From positions 32,962-96,961 of IMG/VR virus record IMGVR_UViG_3300028840_001508: a DNA stretch of 64,000 bases; one strand, given 5' to 3'. Both the position numbers and the translations under genes were made by a program. The first letter of the stretch is position 1, and each line of letters starts with the position of its first letter. The notes under the pieces are model-generated. The model worked only from the letters and a program-made list of their open reading frames with translations, made no database searches and had not been told where the DNA came from. Source of the DNA: a virus. This document shows, piece by piece, positions 20,667-31,324 of this stretch.

Positions 20667-21010
20667 TCCCAGGAAAGAAAGTATCATACACACTCAAATC
20701 AGTTACAGAGACGCAGGATGCGGGCGGGTCTGCTACATTGACCATAGCCACTGTCTGCACATTCAAGGGGTCTACTATGGCTCCCTTGACGCTGTACGAG
20801 AATAGCCTGTTCGAGAAGCAGACTACGGTAGGCAGGTACAGGATAATAGCGGACTATGACCAGTTCGGGGCAGCGTACTATGCCAGTATAGAGGAAAGCG
20901 AAGAAAATATCATCACATACAACTCTACCAACTACGACATTATCCGCGTCAACGAGTTTGAGGGCATACCTGGACACCACTACGAGATATACGTGGAGAA
21001 GAAGCGATAA
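20663..21010 (+). CDS. Head closure/stopper protein
   Basis: Position and size; TQDAGG...YDIIRV.......HHYEI. Confidence 0.7.
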   Translation: MIPGKKVSYTLKSVTETQDAGGSATLTIATVCTFKGSTMAPLTLYENSLFEKQTTVGRYRIIADYDQFGAAYYASIEESEENIITYNSTNYDIIRVNEFEGIPGHHYEIYVEKKR

Positions 21011-21381
21011 TGTGTAAATGGGGTACAGATAAGCAAGTATTAGTTAAAATACCGACAGATCTATCATCTACAGGCGCAGTAGAATGGAAATACAAAAAGA
21101 TAGATTTCTGCATAGCCGATATAGTACAGGCATTACAACGAGCAGGAATAGATATGCGGGGAAGCTGCTGTGGACATGGTAAAACATACGGACATATTCA
21201 CTGCCAGGACGGGCGTATCTTGCTATTACTTCAGGGGAAAAATGCAGATGATTACTATACCCATAGAACTCGACTATTTTTATCTCTCTTTGTCAGGCAG
21301 TTGAGTTGGGTCTCCTTGAGATATCCATATCGCTTGATAAAGGACTTACTGCATTATCTGAGGAATACAAATGACATCTGA
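21010..21381 (+). CDS. Hypothetical phage protein
   Basis: ID.CIADIVQAL..AGI...GSCCGHGK motif. Confidence 0.55.
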   Translation: MCKWGTDKQVLVKIPTDLSSTGAVEWKYKKIDFCIADIVQALQRAGIDMRGSCCGHGKTYGHIHCQDGRILLLLQGKNADDYYTHRTRLFLSLFVRQLSWVSLRYPYRLIKDLLHYLRNTNDI

Positions 21382-22003
21382 ATATATAGCACAAATAGTC
21401 AACAAATGTGACCATTATCTTCGCCCTGAAGAAGCCCGGATACTCTACCAGACGGCAACAGACATCGGCGCAAAGAGGCTGCTGGAAATAGGTGGCGGGG
21501 CTGCGTGTTCATCGGCTATTCTGGCGACTGTAGCTATGGAGAACAACGGTTTGCTGCTTACAGTGGAGATAAGCCCGCGAAGTGACTGGAAGGCGAACCT
21601 GGCTGATTTAGGGCTGGCTGAATATGCGAAGCTGGTAGAAGCCGAATCGCCGTGGGTGAATATCGACGCCAGGATGGTGAGTCTGGACTATCTATTCGTA
21701 GACGGCAATGGGCGCATGAGGTGGGTGCTTGCTGACTACCATTTCTTCAGCAAGTTTGTCAGGGTAGGCGGGAGGATCGCTTTCCACGACTGGTGTGGCG
21801 GGCGGCATTCACCAGATGGTGTAAAGCGGGCGGTAGGGGCGATACTTGAAACCGATGACCTGAAGGAGGTGGCGATCAGTGAGGCAGAGAAGCAGGGGCT
21901 TATCGTGTTTGAGAAGATGAGCGATAGGCTGGATTTGCCGGACGAGAACGGGGTGTATGCAGCAAGGCCGGTGAGGGCAGTAGGAAGCTGGTTGGGTAAC
22001 TGA
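21371..22003 (+). CDS. Class I SAM-dependent methyltransferase (Methyltransf_24-like), copy 1
   Basis: LLEIGGG.A.S; DYLFVDG; VRVGGRIAFHD. Confidence 0.85.
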   Translation: MTSEYIAQIVNKCDHYLRPEEARILYQTATDIGAKRLLEIGGGAACSSAILATVAMENNGLLLTVEISPRSDWKANLADLGLAEYAKLVEAESPWVNIDARMVSLDYLFVDGNGRMRWVLADYHFFSKFVRVGGRIAFHDWCGGRHSPDGVKRAVGAILETDDLKEVAISEAEKQGLIVFEKMSDRLDLPDENGVYAARPVRAVGSWLGN

Positions 22004-22015
22004 AAAGGAGAAGCC

Positions 22016-22657
22016 ATGACAGATGCAGAAATACAGGACATCCGGATCCACTGTAACAAATCCATGAGGCTGGAAGAGGGGCGCATACTCTATGACACAG
22101 CAAGCGAGATAAAGGCGAAGTGCATATTGGAGATAGGCGGCGGGGCTGGTACGTCCACGTCGCTTCTGGGAACGGTAGCTAAAGAGAATGATGGCAGATT
22201 GATTACTGTGGAACCTAACCCCCGCCAGTCGTGGTTTGATAACCTGAAACGGCTTGGCATAGAAGAGTACGTGGAGTGCGTCCAGGCAGAGTCACCGTGG
22301 CTACGTGCAGGCATAGAGCCTATCGACTATCTGTGCATCGACGGTTCTGGCATCATGCGATGGGTGTTGGTGGACTACCACTACTTCGCCCCGTTTGTGC
22401 GCGTAGGTGGGCGGATAGCGTTTCACGATTGGTGTGGTGGGGTAATGTACCCACATGGCGTCAGGCGAGCCGTAGCGGTGATAATGGAGACTGACAGCAA
22501 GATACTGAAGGAGATAGCAAGGAATGAAGATTCGCCGAGACAGGGGATCGTCGTATTTGAGAAGGTGAGAGAATGCCCGTTCGTTGGTATGGAGCAAATG
22601 TTGAAGCAGCAACGCAAGCAGTTACAGTCGGAAACCTGCACAGAGCAGGGGCATTGA
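22016..22657 (+). CDS. Class I SAM-dependent methyltransferase (Methyltransf_24-like), copy 2
   Basis: ILEIGGGAGTS; DYLCIDG; VRVGGRIAFHD; tandem paralog of copy 1. Confidence 0.85.
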   Translation: MTDAEIQDIRIHCNKSMRLEEGRILYDTASEIKAKCILEIGGGAGTSTSLLGTVAKENDGRLITVEPNPRQSWFDNLKRLGIEEYVECVQAESPWLRAGIEPIDYLCIDGSGIMRWVLVDYHYFAPFVRVGGRIAFHDWCGGVMYPHGVRRAVAVIMETDSKILKEIARNEDSPRQGIVVFEKVRECPFVGMEQMLKQQRKQLQSETCTEQGH

Positions 22658-22953
22658 TACAGGGAACGGCAAAAGAGTTATGCCCTGTAAAGACAGGCAA
22701 TCTCAAAAGCAAGATAACTTATGAGGTTGATGAGGTAGAACTGAAGATGCGGGAAGGCAGTAATGTCATCTATGACCCCTTTGTCGAATTGGGGAGTAGC
22801 CGCAGTCCCGCACAGCCGCATCATGTACCAGCTTTAGAAGCCAACTTTCCGGCGATAAAAGAGATGTTCCATAATATCAAGCTGGACACAGCAAAGGCGC
22901 ATGAAATACGCAGGGCTACACTTGGCGCATACATTGAAAGACTGGCAGGATAA
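22573..22953 (+). CDS. HK97 gp10-like neck protein
   Basis: AKELCPVKTGNLKS.I...Y..FVELGSSR.PAQP...PA. Confidence 0.85.
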   Translation: MPVRWYGANVEAATQAVTVGNLHRAGALIQGTAKELCPVKTGNLKSKITYEVDEVELKMREGSNVIYDPFVELGSSRSPAQPHHVPALEANFPAIKEMFHNIKLDTAKAHEIRRATLGAYIERLAG

Positions 22954-23348
22954 TGGACGCACTATTCGACGCTATACAGGCAAAATACACGGCAAACAGC
23001 ACTCTGTCAAGCGCGCTATCAGGCGGCCTGCACAGGATAGAAGCCAAGCAGGATGCAAGCTACCCATTCGCCGTCTATTCCATGCCTTCTGACGTGACGG
23101 AATACACGTTTGACACCGAATGGGAGAACATGCTGATACAGTTCAGCATCTATCACGATGGACGTTCTGATGCTACTGTCCAGGACTGCTACACCAAGCT
23201 GAAGACAGTGTATGATTTGTGTACGCTATCCATCAGCGGTTATACGCAGGTTGTCATGGCGAGAGAATGGCAGAATTTAATACGGGAAGAAGATGTCTGG
23301 CAGTATAGCGTTAGATACAGGGTGAGGTTCTACAAGGCGAGGTCATGA
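22953..23348 (+). CDS. Tail terminator/completion protein
   Basis: Position; A.Q...YPFAVY...QFSIY pattern. Confidence 0.7.
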   Translation: MDALFDAIQAKYTANSTLSSALSGGLHRIEAKQDASYPFAVYSMPSDVTEYTFDTEWENMLIQFSIYHDGRSDATVQDCYTKLKTVYDLCTLSISGYTQVVMAREWQNLIREEDVWQYSVRYRVRFYKARS

Positions 23349-23451
23349 TAGAGACATACTTTCTATATTTTGTTTTCCTATTAGCTGCTTTTGTCTGTGG
23401 CATGAGGGTACAGCGATTTTTTGATAAGAGGAAATGAAAAGGAGAGAAAGC

Positions 23452-23781
23452 ATGATAAACTTGCTGGATGAAACGGTAGATGCGCTGATGGAGCATGGCA
23501 AACATCCCTCTGAAGTTCTATGGGTAGGGAATAGCGAATGGCATACAACGTGGGATGCCTTTACTAAAGTAGCGAACAGGCGGTATGATGACGGACTCGG
23601 TAGGGAAGAAGTCAACGGAGATCTAATGATAGTCGGACAGGACTGGTGGCTAGAGCGCAAAATCTATGATGGTCAAGAGGAATGGGCATTCAAAACGCAG
23701 CCCAAACTTCAGGGCAAGAAATCTACAGGGCCGCCTTTAGTCAATTGGCTTATATGGAAGGAGAGCAGGGACAGCGAATGA
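23452..23781 (+). CDS. Hypothetical phage protein
   Basis: NLL.ET...L......V.W...YD.G.G..E...DL.IVG.DWWLER..YDG.E.W. Confidence 0.55.
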   Translation: MINLLDETVDALMEHGKHPSEVLWVGNSEWHTTWDAFTKVANRRYDDGLGREEVNGDLMIVGQDWWLERKIYDGQEEWAFKTQPKLQGKKSTGPPLVNWLIWKESRDSE

Positions 23782-24131
23782 AAACAGTTCTCTGCATAGG
23801 ACGCTGGCAGCCGCTTCACAAGGGACATATCAAGCTTCTGACCGACGTGATAAGGGAGGGGAATTTTCTCGTAGTCGGGATCAGGGACACGCGGGCGGGA
23901 GATCCCCGTGAGAATCCATACACAGTCAAGCAACGTAGGCGGATGATAAAGAACGCACTGGGCAAGTACAAAGACAGGTACGCTATAGCTGTTATCCCCG
24001 ACTACTGGTGTGACCTGGAAGTGAGGATAGGGCGCAAGGTCGGGTATAAGGTACAGCGGTATGACGTGGATGTTGAGGATATATCAGGTACGAAGACGCG
24101 GGAAGTGTTGAGAAGAAAGGGGAAGCTGTGA
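23778..24131 (+). CDS. HIGH-motif nucleotidyltransferase (cytidyltransferase-like; candidate sulfate adenylyltransferase)
   Basis: IGRWQPLHKGH, NPY, IGRKVGY, ISGTKTR. Confidence 0.8.
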   Translation: MKTVLCIGRWQPLHKGHIKLLTDVIREGNFLVVGIRDTRAGDPRENPYTVKQRRRMIKNALGKYKDRYAIAVIPDYWCDLEVRIGRKVGYKVQRYDVDVEDISGTKTREVLRRKGKL

Positions 24132-24721
24132 AAATCGAGACGAAGGACGGATTGGCGCTATCTGATAATATAATAGAATCACGACGCAGACTGGCATATA
24201 TGCTAATTACTTTCGATGCCCTGTGTGAATTGTTCAAGGATAGAGAAATACACGTAAAGGTCGAAAGTAGTTTGCCTGCTGATGCCAAGTTAATTCATAT
24301 CGCTTGGGATACGGATCGGGCGATGGTTAGGCTGTATTTTGAGAGTAAAGATTTCCCTGTAGTTGAGCCGTATGAGATTGTAACTCATCACATAAAGCCA
24401 TTATTCCACTATATAGATATTGACTAGAGACACTTATAGAAAGGGGAAGTTATGAAGCTTGAGGAATGTAAACAGCAACTAGGCAAAATAATGAGGGTTC
24501 TTTCTCTACGCCCCAATCCTTGCTTGCAGTGTCCACTGGCTATCAAGGATGCTGATGGAGGTGTCTATACTCCTATTGTCGGGGATGGTATGTGTGGAAT
24601 ATGTAACAGAGGTACATGGGAGATAGGTGATCGCAGTATAGAGGTAGAGGGCGAAACTATACCGATGTGTCGTGAATGCGAAGTAATGCTCAAAGAATTG
24701 ATAGTGAAAGGTGGGTTATGA
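24128..24721 (+). other. Two short hypothetical ORFs (24128-24427, 24452-24721)
   Basis: ORF track; RBS present. Confidence 0.5.
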
Positions 24722-25149
24722 TAATCTGGCTAACAGCTAACAGTGGCGCAGGCAAGACCACCATCGGCAAGCAACTGGCATACCGTAACAACGGTATATT
24801 GCTTGACGGTGATGACATGCGCGCAAGCATCTCACTCGGAGCGGGCTTCAGTAAGGAAGAGCGGGAGGAACACAACCTGCGAGTAGCGAGGCTGGCGAAG
24901 GTCATGGAAGCGCAGGGCAAGCTTGTCATAGTGTCGGTGATAGCACCATTCAAGGACACGCGATCGAAGATAGATAAGATGATATGTCCCGTGTGGATAT
25001 ATCTCGTATCAGCCATCCGAAGCCAACCGACGAAGGAGCGACCGTATCAAATACCCGGCAACGCATCACTGGTAATAGATACAGATATGATGAAGCCGCT
25101 TGATGCGGTGTGTATGATAGAGTCGCAGATATTGAGGAAGTATTGGTAA
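24718..25149 (+). CDS. cysC: Adenylyl-sulfate (APS) kinase
   Basis: IIWLT..SGAGKTT, LLDGDDMR, GFSKEER..HNLRVA..AK, VIVSVIAPF...R. Confidence 0.9.
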   Translation: MIIWLTANSGAGKTTIGKQLAYRNNGILLDGDDMRASISLGAGFSKEEREEHNLRVARLAKVMEAQGKLVIVSVIAPFKDTRSKIDKMICPVWIYLVSAIRSQPTKERPYQIPGNASLVIDTDMMKPLDAVCMIESQILRKYW

Positions 25150-25856
25150 TGCCACACGCATTCTTTATAACAGGTACAGGCAGGTCAGGAACAACCACTC
25201 TTGCAGCCTTGCTCAATACCGACCCACAAGCTGCCGTCTACCATGAACCACACGGCAACGAGGGCCAGGCATGTATACAGGCATACTGCTCAGAGATGGC
25301 AGCTACGGCGTATATTGAGAAGCGCAGGGAGTGGATAGCCACGCATCTGAACACTGGCCTGAACTACGGCGAAGTCAACGGCTATCTGCGCTTTCATGCC
25401 GATGCACTCAGGCAAGCGGGCTACCCCGTCTACCAGATAATCCGTGACGGCAGGGACGTGGTACGGTCGGGCTATTCCCGTAATACATATAAGTTCGGAC
25501 ACATGACCTGTATGATAGAGCCGAAACCTGGCGATCTGTGTTTCTACGACTGGCTGTCTATGACACGGTTTGAGAGAATATGCTGGCACTGGCAGATGGT
25601 GAATGAGTATCTGGCAGACAGGGTGGAGGATGTGCTGAAGTTTGAGGATATGATCGGCAACTGGGAGGCGGTCTATTGGTTCACACGGCAGATCGGGGTA
25701 GACGTAGATAAAGAGACGTGGAAAAAGAAGCCCGTCAGGAATGCCACTATCAAACATAGCTTGCCTGTGTATGACAAGTGGGACATGCATCTGAAGGATA
25801 GCTTCTGGCGGATATGTGGCGACACTATGGCGAAGTTTGGGTATGAAAGGAGATAG
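25149..25856 (+). CDS. Sulfotransferase-family protein 1
   Basis: FFITGTGRSGTT (5'-PSB loop), HEP, IRDGRDVVRS (3'-PB), KFED. Confidence 0.85.
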   Translation: MPHAFFITGTGRSGTTTLAALLNTDPQAAVYHEPHGNEGQACIQAYCSEMAATAYIEKRREWIATHLNTGLNYGEVNGYLRFHADALRQAGYPVYQIIRDGRDVVRSGYSRNTYKFGHMTCMIEPKPGDLCFYDWLSMTRFERICWHWQMVNEYLADRVEDVLKFEDMIGNWEAVYWFTRQIGVDVDKETWKKKPVRNATIKHSLPVYDKWDMHLKDSFWRICGDTMAKFGYERR

Positions 25857-25858
25857 GG

Positions 25859-26320
25859 ATGGAAGATATAGAACGATATAGTAACAGTTCACAACGCAAC
25901 TTGGAAGATTACCCCATAGACTTTGATGGTAAACCCTATCAGAGCAATATAGAGGTGCTACTAAACTACGATGACTTAGCACAACTACTCCATCTAGCAG
26001 AGGAATATAGAATTCTAAGGATAGCTATAGAGCCAAAGGTTGATCAGATCGCTATTGTCATAGAAGGCCCTGATCTGTATCAAAGAACAGCAGGTAGCCA
26101 AAGAGTGCGAGATCATGAGGCTATAGCGAGACTACTATTAGGCAGAAGCCGTACATTCCGGCCAGACACAGATGTTCGCCATCGAGTAGTAGATCAGCGA
26201 TGGCTCTGGCTTCTGGATTTTCTGGAAGACCCGCTAATCAAAGCTAACTGGAAGCGATTTGTTGAAATGAAGAAAGGAGATAGGGATGTCCCTGACACTC
26301 ATAATCGGCGCATCATTTAG
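25859..26320 (+). CDS. Hypothetical protein
   Basis: ORF track; RBS. Confidence 0.5.
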   Translation: MEDIERYSNSSQRNLEDYPIDFDGKPYQSNIEVLLNYDDLAQLLHLAEEYRILRIAIEPKVDQIAIVIEGPDLYQRTAGSQRVRDHEAIARLLLGRSRTFRPDTDVRHRVVDQRWLWLLDFLEDPLIKANWKRFVEMKKGDRDVPDTHNRRII

Positions 26321-26894
26321 CGGCACATCCATGATTGCCCACGTATGCCATGCTAATGGCGCATGGATGGGTGAGATACTGACAGAGCCGCCAGAGGAAT
26401 ACAGGGAGTCACAACACTATGATTTGTATGAGAACATCACGTTCCGTAGCTTATGCCGCAATGCACTAAACATCGACACCGAGATAGACAAGAAATCACT
26501 AGACAAGCTATTCAAGGCGTTCTTCGTGTCACTACCGACTGACAGTGAATGTGTGGTTCTGAAGTACCCCAAGGCATTCTATCTGCTGCCTGCGCTGCGT
26601 GATAAGTTGCAGGTAGAGCCGAAGCTAGTCAATGTCATACGCAATCCCTTCAGGCGGGCATTTAGCTACGTTCAGCGGACGCAGGTATTCAATGTCCCGT
26701 ATGCGCTGATGGAGTGGGATCAGGCATACATGCAGGCGGCAGAAGCCACAGACGGGCTGGATATGTATACGATTCTGTATGAGCGGTTCCTGAAAGAGCC
26801 AGAGATGGAAGCAAAACAACTGTTTGACTTCATTGGCTTGAAGCCTGAGAAGGTGGACGTGAGCATGGTAGATACGGGGAAGAGGCACTTTTGA
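26286..26894 (+). CDS. Sulfotransferase-family protein 2
   Basis: IIGASFSGTS, LKYP, IRNP...A.S, YE.FL..P...A..L..F.GL. Confidence 0.8.
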   Translation: MSLTLIIGASFSGTSMIAHVCHANGAWMGEILTEPPEEYRESQHYDLYENITFRSLCRNALNIDTEIDKKSLDKLFKAFFVSLPTDSECVVLKYPKAFYLLPALRDKLQVEPKLVNVIRNPFRRAFSYVQRTQVFNVPYALMEWDQAYMQAAEATDGLDMYTILYERFLKEPEMEAKQLFDFIGLKPEKVDVSMVDTGKRHF

Positions 26895-27152
26895 AAAGGA
26901 GAAGTCATGCTGATACGAAAGAAGAGACTAGATGAGCTAGAGAAGCGGGTAGGTGTATTGGAGAACACCATAGATGAACTCTGGAAACGCATGGATAGAG
27001 ACAGATTGGAATGCAACCTACCGCATTTGAGTAAAGAAAGCGTAGAAGGAATAGTAAGACAGCATATAATACCAGTTATAAGAGACATGGAAAACAAGAA
27101 GTAGTATAACAGTCCCGTTTATAAGAACGGCAAGCGTATAGATAACGTAGAT

Positions 27153-27227
27153 TGGGCAGTCGCCAAACGGTAAGGCATCGGCCTGTTAAGCCGACAAATG
27201 CAGGTTCGATTCCTGCCTGCCCAGCCA
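27153..27227 (+). tRNA. tRNA-Asn(GTT), CCA encoded
   Basis: Acceptor TGGGCAG/CTGCCCA, G73, CCA; anticodon arm TCGGC-CTGTTAA-GCCGA; T arm GCAGG-TTCGATT-CCTGC. Confidence 0.95.
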
Positions 27228-27243
27228 GATAAAGGAGAACAAT

Positions 27244-27603
27244 ATGTCAAGCGTAGATGTGGAAATCAAACCAGGTTGCGAAGAACTATTCGACCGAGTT
27301 GCTAATATGCTAAACGCTGCAAGTGCAAAAGCCAAGCGAATCCAATCTCTACCGCCGAAGAATTTGCAACAGATAGAGGTAGACACTTTTTATATCGAGA
27401 AAGTAGCCGAATTTGAAAATGGAATGCCTTTTAGCCCTGTTATCGGTTATCACTGGGAATGCAGTATTCCTGGCGTTCTAATAAAGGATGTAGCTGTATG
27501 GGATCATAAGGTATATGTTGAACTAAGTGAGGACTCCCTACGCCCTGTCATTTCTGAATTTTCTAAGGGGAAAATAGGCAGTGGTGACTGGATTTTCGTA
27601 TAG
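27244..27603 (+). CDS. Hypothetical protein
   Basis: RBS AAAGGAG. Confidence 0.5.
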   Translation: MSSVDVEIKPGCEELFDRVANMLNAASAKAKRIQSLPPKNLQQIEVDTFYIEKVAEFENGMPFSPVIGYHWECSIPGVLIKDVAVWDHKVYVELSEDSLRPVISEFSKGKIGSGDWIFV

Positions 27604-27687
27604 ATAGCATCTAACACAACTTCATATCAACACAAAAACGGGTCAGGAGAAGCAGACTGCACTCGTTTTTTTTGTTTCCCTGACCGC

Positions 27688-29847
27688 TTGAAAGGGCATA
27701 CAGTGGATATTCTCGTAGTAATGACAGAAGGCATAGGCAACATGGTCATGATGACGCCTGCGCTACAGGCAATGAAGCAGGCGCGTCCAGAGTGCAATAT
27801 CACCGTCCTGTGCAAAGAGCCAGCGGCAAGCGTGATCAGGGGATGGGATGTGATAGAGCGCGCCATATCAAGGCTAGGACAACGCAGGTACGATATAGGC
27901 TTTCTCTCCATCTGGTCTGGCAAGTACAAGACAGAATACCGTGACAGGCTGGGAAGCAAGTGCAATGAGGTAATAGAGATAGACTACGAGGATATAGAAA
28001 AGCACGAGGCAGAATATCACCTGGACATGGCATGCTATCTGGAATACGAGGGGGATCTACCCGACACTTTCTGCATGTCTGAGGATGTCCATATCAAGCA
28101 TGATAAGCCCCTGGCGGCGTTGTCCGACACCTGCCTGCCGCTTCAAGCCTGGCAACGTAAGCGATGGCCGTATTACCCCGCTCTGGCAAAGATGCTGATA
28201 GCGAAGGGCTTTGACGTATGTTTGATAGGCGGGAAGTCCGAGGCAGAAGCATTCAATCCAGGCGACTGGCCGGATGGGGTAATCAACTGCCTGGGGAAGT
28301 ACACCATCCCCCAGACAGCGGGCTTGCTGGGGCAGTGCAACGTCTTTGTAGGGAACGACTCAGGGCCAGCACACATTGCCGCCGCTATGGGATGCAATAC
28401 ATTTGTATTGTTCGGCCCTACGCTGGTAAAGAAGAACAAGCAACTGGGCAGGAATGTGGTATTACTGACACGACAACTGGAATGTTCACCGTGTCAATAT
28501 ACCGCCCGCTGGCAATACTGCCATCAGTTTGACTGTATGCTTGCCATATCGCCTACGGACGTAATGCAGGCGATAGATGCAAATACGCATGAGGGCGGTG
28601 CTACGGCGGAGCGGCTAAAGCTTTCTGTCTGCATGATAGTGAAGAATGAAGAGGCCATGCTTGCGGGGTGTCTTGATAGTGTTAAGGACATAGCGGATGA
28701 GATTATCGTAGTAGATACGGGCAGCACTGACAGGACAATGGAGATCGCTCAGGGATATGAAAAGGTCAAGCTATTTGAGCATCCCTGGGAGGACTCGTTC
28801 AGCGTCGCACGTAACCAGGCCATCAGTCACGCAACAGGCGACTGGATATTGCAGATAGACGCTGATGAGAAGCTGGAAAAAGATGATATACCCGTACTCA
28901 TGACCACCATCCAGAAGGCGCAGAGAGCACAGATAGGTGCAGTCAGATGTCCCCATTGCAGTAGAAAAATTGTAGACGAAAAATGGGTTCATGCCTTCAA
29001 GCTGGAGTTCCTGAACTACCTGGCAGATGGCGTTTCCTGGCACGCTTCGGAGAGACTGTTCAGGAACGGACATATAGAGTTCAAATGCCGCGTCCACAAT
29101 CAGCCACATTACGACGGCATAGTAGCCCCGTCCATCCCCGTGAAGCTGCATCACTATGGCTATAACCTTGATAAAGCCACCATGCAGAAGAAGTACGAGC
29201 GCACAGAGCGGCTTCTGAAAATCTCCATCGAAGAAACACCCATAGGAGATAAGCAACTGGGCTTCTTCTACCAGAACCTCTTGCGCAACTTCCGGGCGCA
29301 GTATAAATGGGATGAGCTGGTAGAGACGGCAGATAGGATGTTTGCCATGATGGAAGCAGGAGAGATCACGCCATCCAGCCAGACCGAGCAGTTGTCGATG
29401 ATAGACTACGTGTTCGGACTGGTGAAGCAGGAGAAGCCGATGGAGGCACTCATGGCTGTTGACTTGCTTGTAACGAAGCACCCGCTCATGATAGACGGCT
29501 GGTATCACAAGGCGCTGATACATTCGGCACTGGGACATCACGGCGAGGCTATAGCTGCATACGACTCATATTTGAAGTACAAACGGCAACTGGAAGCCAT
29601 GCCGCAGAAGCCCGTGCTGATCCTAGATACCTGGGGCGGGGAAGCTACGGCATATAACAATATGGGCTGCGCGTACTTCTACGTCAACGACCCCGGCAAT
29701 GCACTTTTACACTTCGGGATAGCGGCGAAGATGGACCCGGATAATGAAGGATTCAAGAATAACGTAAACCAGGTACTAGGTGCGATACTGGAGAACTTCA
29801 ATAAACAACAGCGAAAGGAGCCAACGACTGAGGAGTTGAAATACTAA
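27688..29847 (+). CDS. GT9 (heptosyltransferase-like) + GT2 + TPR fusion glycosyltransferase; start may be GTG at 27703
   Basis: GIGNMVM.TP...KRWP...GNDSGPAHIAAA...LFGPT (GT9); LSVCMIVKNEE...VDTGSTD.T...W..DFS.ARN...DADE (GT2); helical TPR-like C-terminus. Confidence 0.9.
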   Translation: MKGHTVDILVVMTEGIGNMVMMTPALQAMKQARPECNITVLCKEPAASVIRGWDVIERAISRLGQRRYDIGFLSIWSGKYKTEYRDRLGSKCNEVIEIDYEDIEKHEAEYHLDMACYLEYEGDLPDTFCMSEDVHIKHDKPLAALSDTCLPLQAWQRKRWPYYPALAKMLIAKGFDVCLIGGKSEAEAFNPGDWPDGVINCLGKYTIPQTAGLLGQCNVFVGNDSGPAHIAAAMGCNTFVLFGPTLVKKNKQLGRNVVLLTRQLECSPCQYTARWQYCHQFDCMLAISPTDVMQAIDANTHEGGATAERLKLSVCMIVKNEEAMLAGCLDSVKDIADEIIVVDTGSTDRTMEIAQGYEKVKLFEHPWEDSFSVARNQAISHATGDWILQIDADEKLEKDDIPVLMTTIQKAQRAQIGAVRCPHCSRKIVDEKWVHAFKLEFLNYLADGVSWHASERLFRNGHIEFKCRVHNQPHYDGIVAPSIPVKLHHYGYNLDKATMQKKYERTERLLKISIEETPIGDKQLGFFYQNLLRNFRAQYKWDELVETADRMFAMMEAGEITPSSQTEQLSMIDYVFGLVKQEKPMEALMAVDLLVTKHPLMIDGWYHKALIHSALGHHGEAIAAYDSYLKYKRQLEAMPQKPVLILDTWGGEATAYNNMGCAYFYVNDPGNALLHFGIAAKMDPDNEGFKNNVNQVLGAILENFNKQQRKEPTTEELKY

Positions 29848-30209
29848 TGGCTCACGTATCAGGCAAGACTGGAGGCGTTACCGCCACTAACTTTGCCACA
29901 GGAGCATATAACTGGTCTCTTGACTGGACTGCTGACGCTTTGGAGACGACCGACTATGGCAGCTCAGGGCAGAGGGAATATATTGCAGGACTCACAGGCG
30001 GCAGCGGAACGTTTGTCGTCCGTGGCGACGCGGCAAGCAATACCGCATCAGTAGGAACTACAGTGGCGTTGACGCTTACCATCTCGTCAGGTAAGGCTTA
30101 TACCATGACAGCCCTGATCACAGGCAAAGGCGAAACAGTGCCCGTGGACGGGCTTCACGAAACCACAGTCAGCTTCGTGGCAACTGGTTCTATAACAAAG
30201 CCGGCATAA
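29847..30209 (+). CDS. Tail tube protein 1
   Basis: WSLD...D.LETTD......EYIAGL..GSG...VPVDG.....SF..TG. Confidence 0.8.
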   Translation: MAHVSGKTGGVTATNFATGAYNWSLDWTADALETTDYGSSGQREYIAGLTGGSGTFVVRGDAASNTASVGTTVALTLTISSGKAYTMTALITGKGETVPVDGLHETTVSFVATGSITKPA

Positions 30210-30222
30210 GGGGTGATCGCTA

Positions 30223-30897
30223 ATGGCACACGTCGCAGGAATGACAGGAGCGGTATACGCCCGTAAGTTTTACACGAAGGCGGCGACTATCTCCTTTGCC
30301 GATACAAACCCGGACACGATCCTTGACAGCGCAGCGGGCTTTAGCGGTGCTGAGGCTGGCGACTATGTGACTGTCTCAGGCGCAGCGCAGGCGGGTAATA
30401 ACGATACGTTCCTCATAGGGACAGCATTACCCGCCACGCTGACGCTGGATGCAGGGGAAACGCTGACTGCTGAAGCGGCGGGGGCGACTGTAACCGTCTC
30501 CCAAGCACTGCCCTATGAGCAGCTTCTGGGCTTCAACGGCATAGACCTGAATCTGGAAGCCGTGGAGCTTGAGACGACGGACTTTACCGACGTAGGCGCA
30601 TCAACACCCGGCAGGCATTATATAGCAGGTCTGACCAGCTTCAATGCCACCTGTACACACTGGTGGGCATCCACTGACCTGCTGGGGTCATGGACTGGCG
30701 CAAAGAAGTACGTCGCCTTTTTCGTGAAGTATAACAGTGCGCCGGCAACAACCACCTGCTATTACTATCATGGCTACGTGATTACGACAGGGCTGGATAC
30801 CAGCGCACCTGTTGACACAGTAGTAGCACAACCGTTGACGCTTCAAGGAACGGGAACCATAACATCGGCAACGGCGACAACCGCCTGGCCGACATAA
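30223..30897 (+). CDS. Tail tube protein 2 with an inserted ~80-aa domain
   Basis: Same MAHV.G.TG start and LETTD...YIAGL motif; extra A/T-rich segment. Confidence 0.75.
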   Translation: MAHVAGMTGAVYARKFYTKAATISFADTNPDTILDSAAGFSGAEAGDYVTVSGAAQAGNNDTFLIGTALPATLTLDAGETLTAEAAGATVTVSQALPYEQLLGFNGIDLNLEAVELETTDFTDVGASTPGRHYIAGLTSFNATCTHWWASTDLLGSWTGAKKYVAFFVKYNSAPATTTCYYYHGYVITTGLDTSAPVDTVVAQPLTLQGTGTITSATATTAWPT

Positions 30898-30913
30898 GAT
30901 AGGGGAAAGGAGC

Positions 30914-31324
30914 ATGAATATGCCAAAAACAGATAACCTGGGCGATGCTGTGGGAATGCCCAAGACCATTACCATCAAGGGCAAGGAATATACCTTCAGC
31001 CCGCTTACAGTGAATGACTACGCCGAGTTAGAGGAGTTCATCAAATCGCACAGACAAGAGCAGATCAGGAAGCTCAAGCTGCCTGCGGAGAAGGAAGCTG
31101 AGGCTCTGCTGGCTACGCTTGACGCAGATATAGACGAGATTGGCGATAAGCTACAGGTGGCGAGGTATACCTGGTGGCTTGCGCTACGCAGGAACCACAA
31201 GAACCTGAAACTCAAGGACATGGGCGATCTGATAGATGAATCCGTTATCGAGCAGATTAATGAGGTTACGGGGGTAGCTGAAGCCGGCCCCCCGGACGCA
31301 GAAGGGGTGGCAAGCGCAAAGTAA
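30914..31324 (+). CDS. Tail assembly chaperone (lambda G-like)
   Basis: ITIKGKEY..SPLT..D; lies between tube and tape measure. Confidence 0.8.
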   Translation: MNMPKTDNLGDAVGMPKTITIKGKEYTFSPLTVNDYAELEEFIKSHRQEQIRKLKLPAEKEAEALLATLDADIDEIGDKLQVARYTWWLALRRNHKNLKLKDMGDLIDESVIEQINEVTGVAEAGPPDAEGVASAK

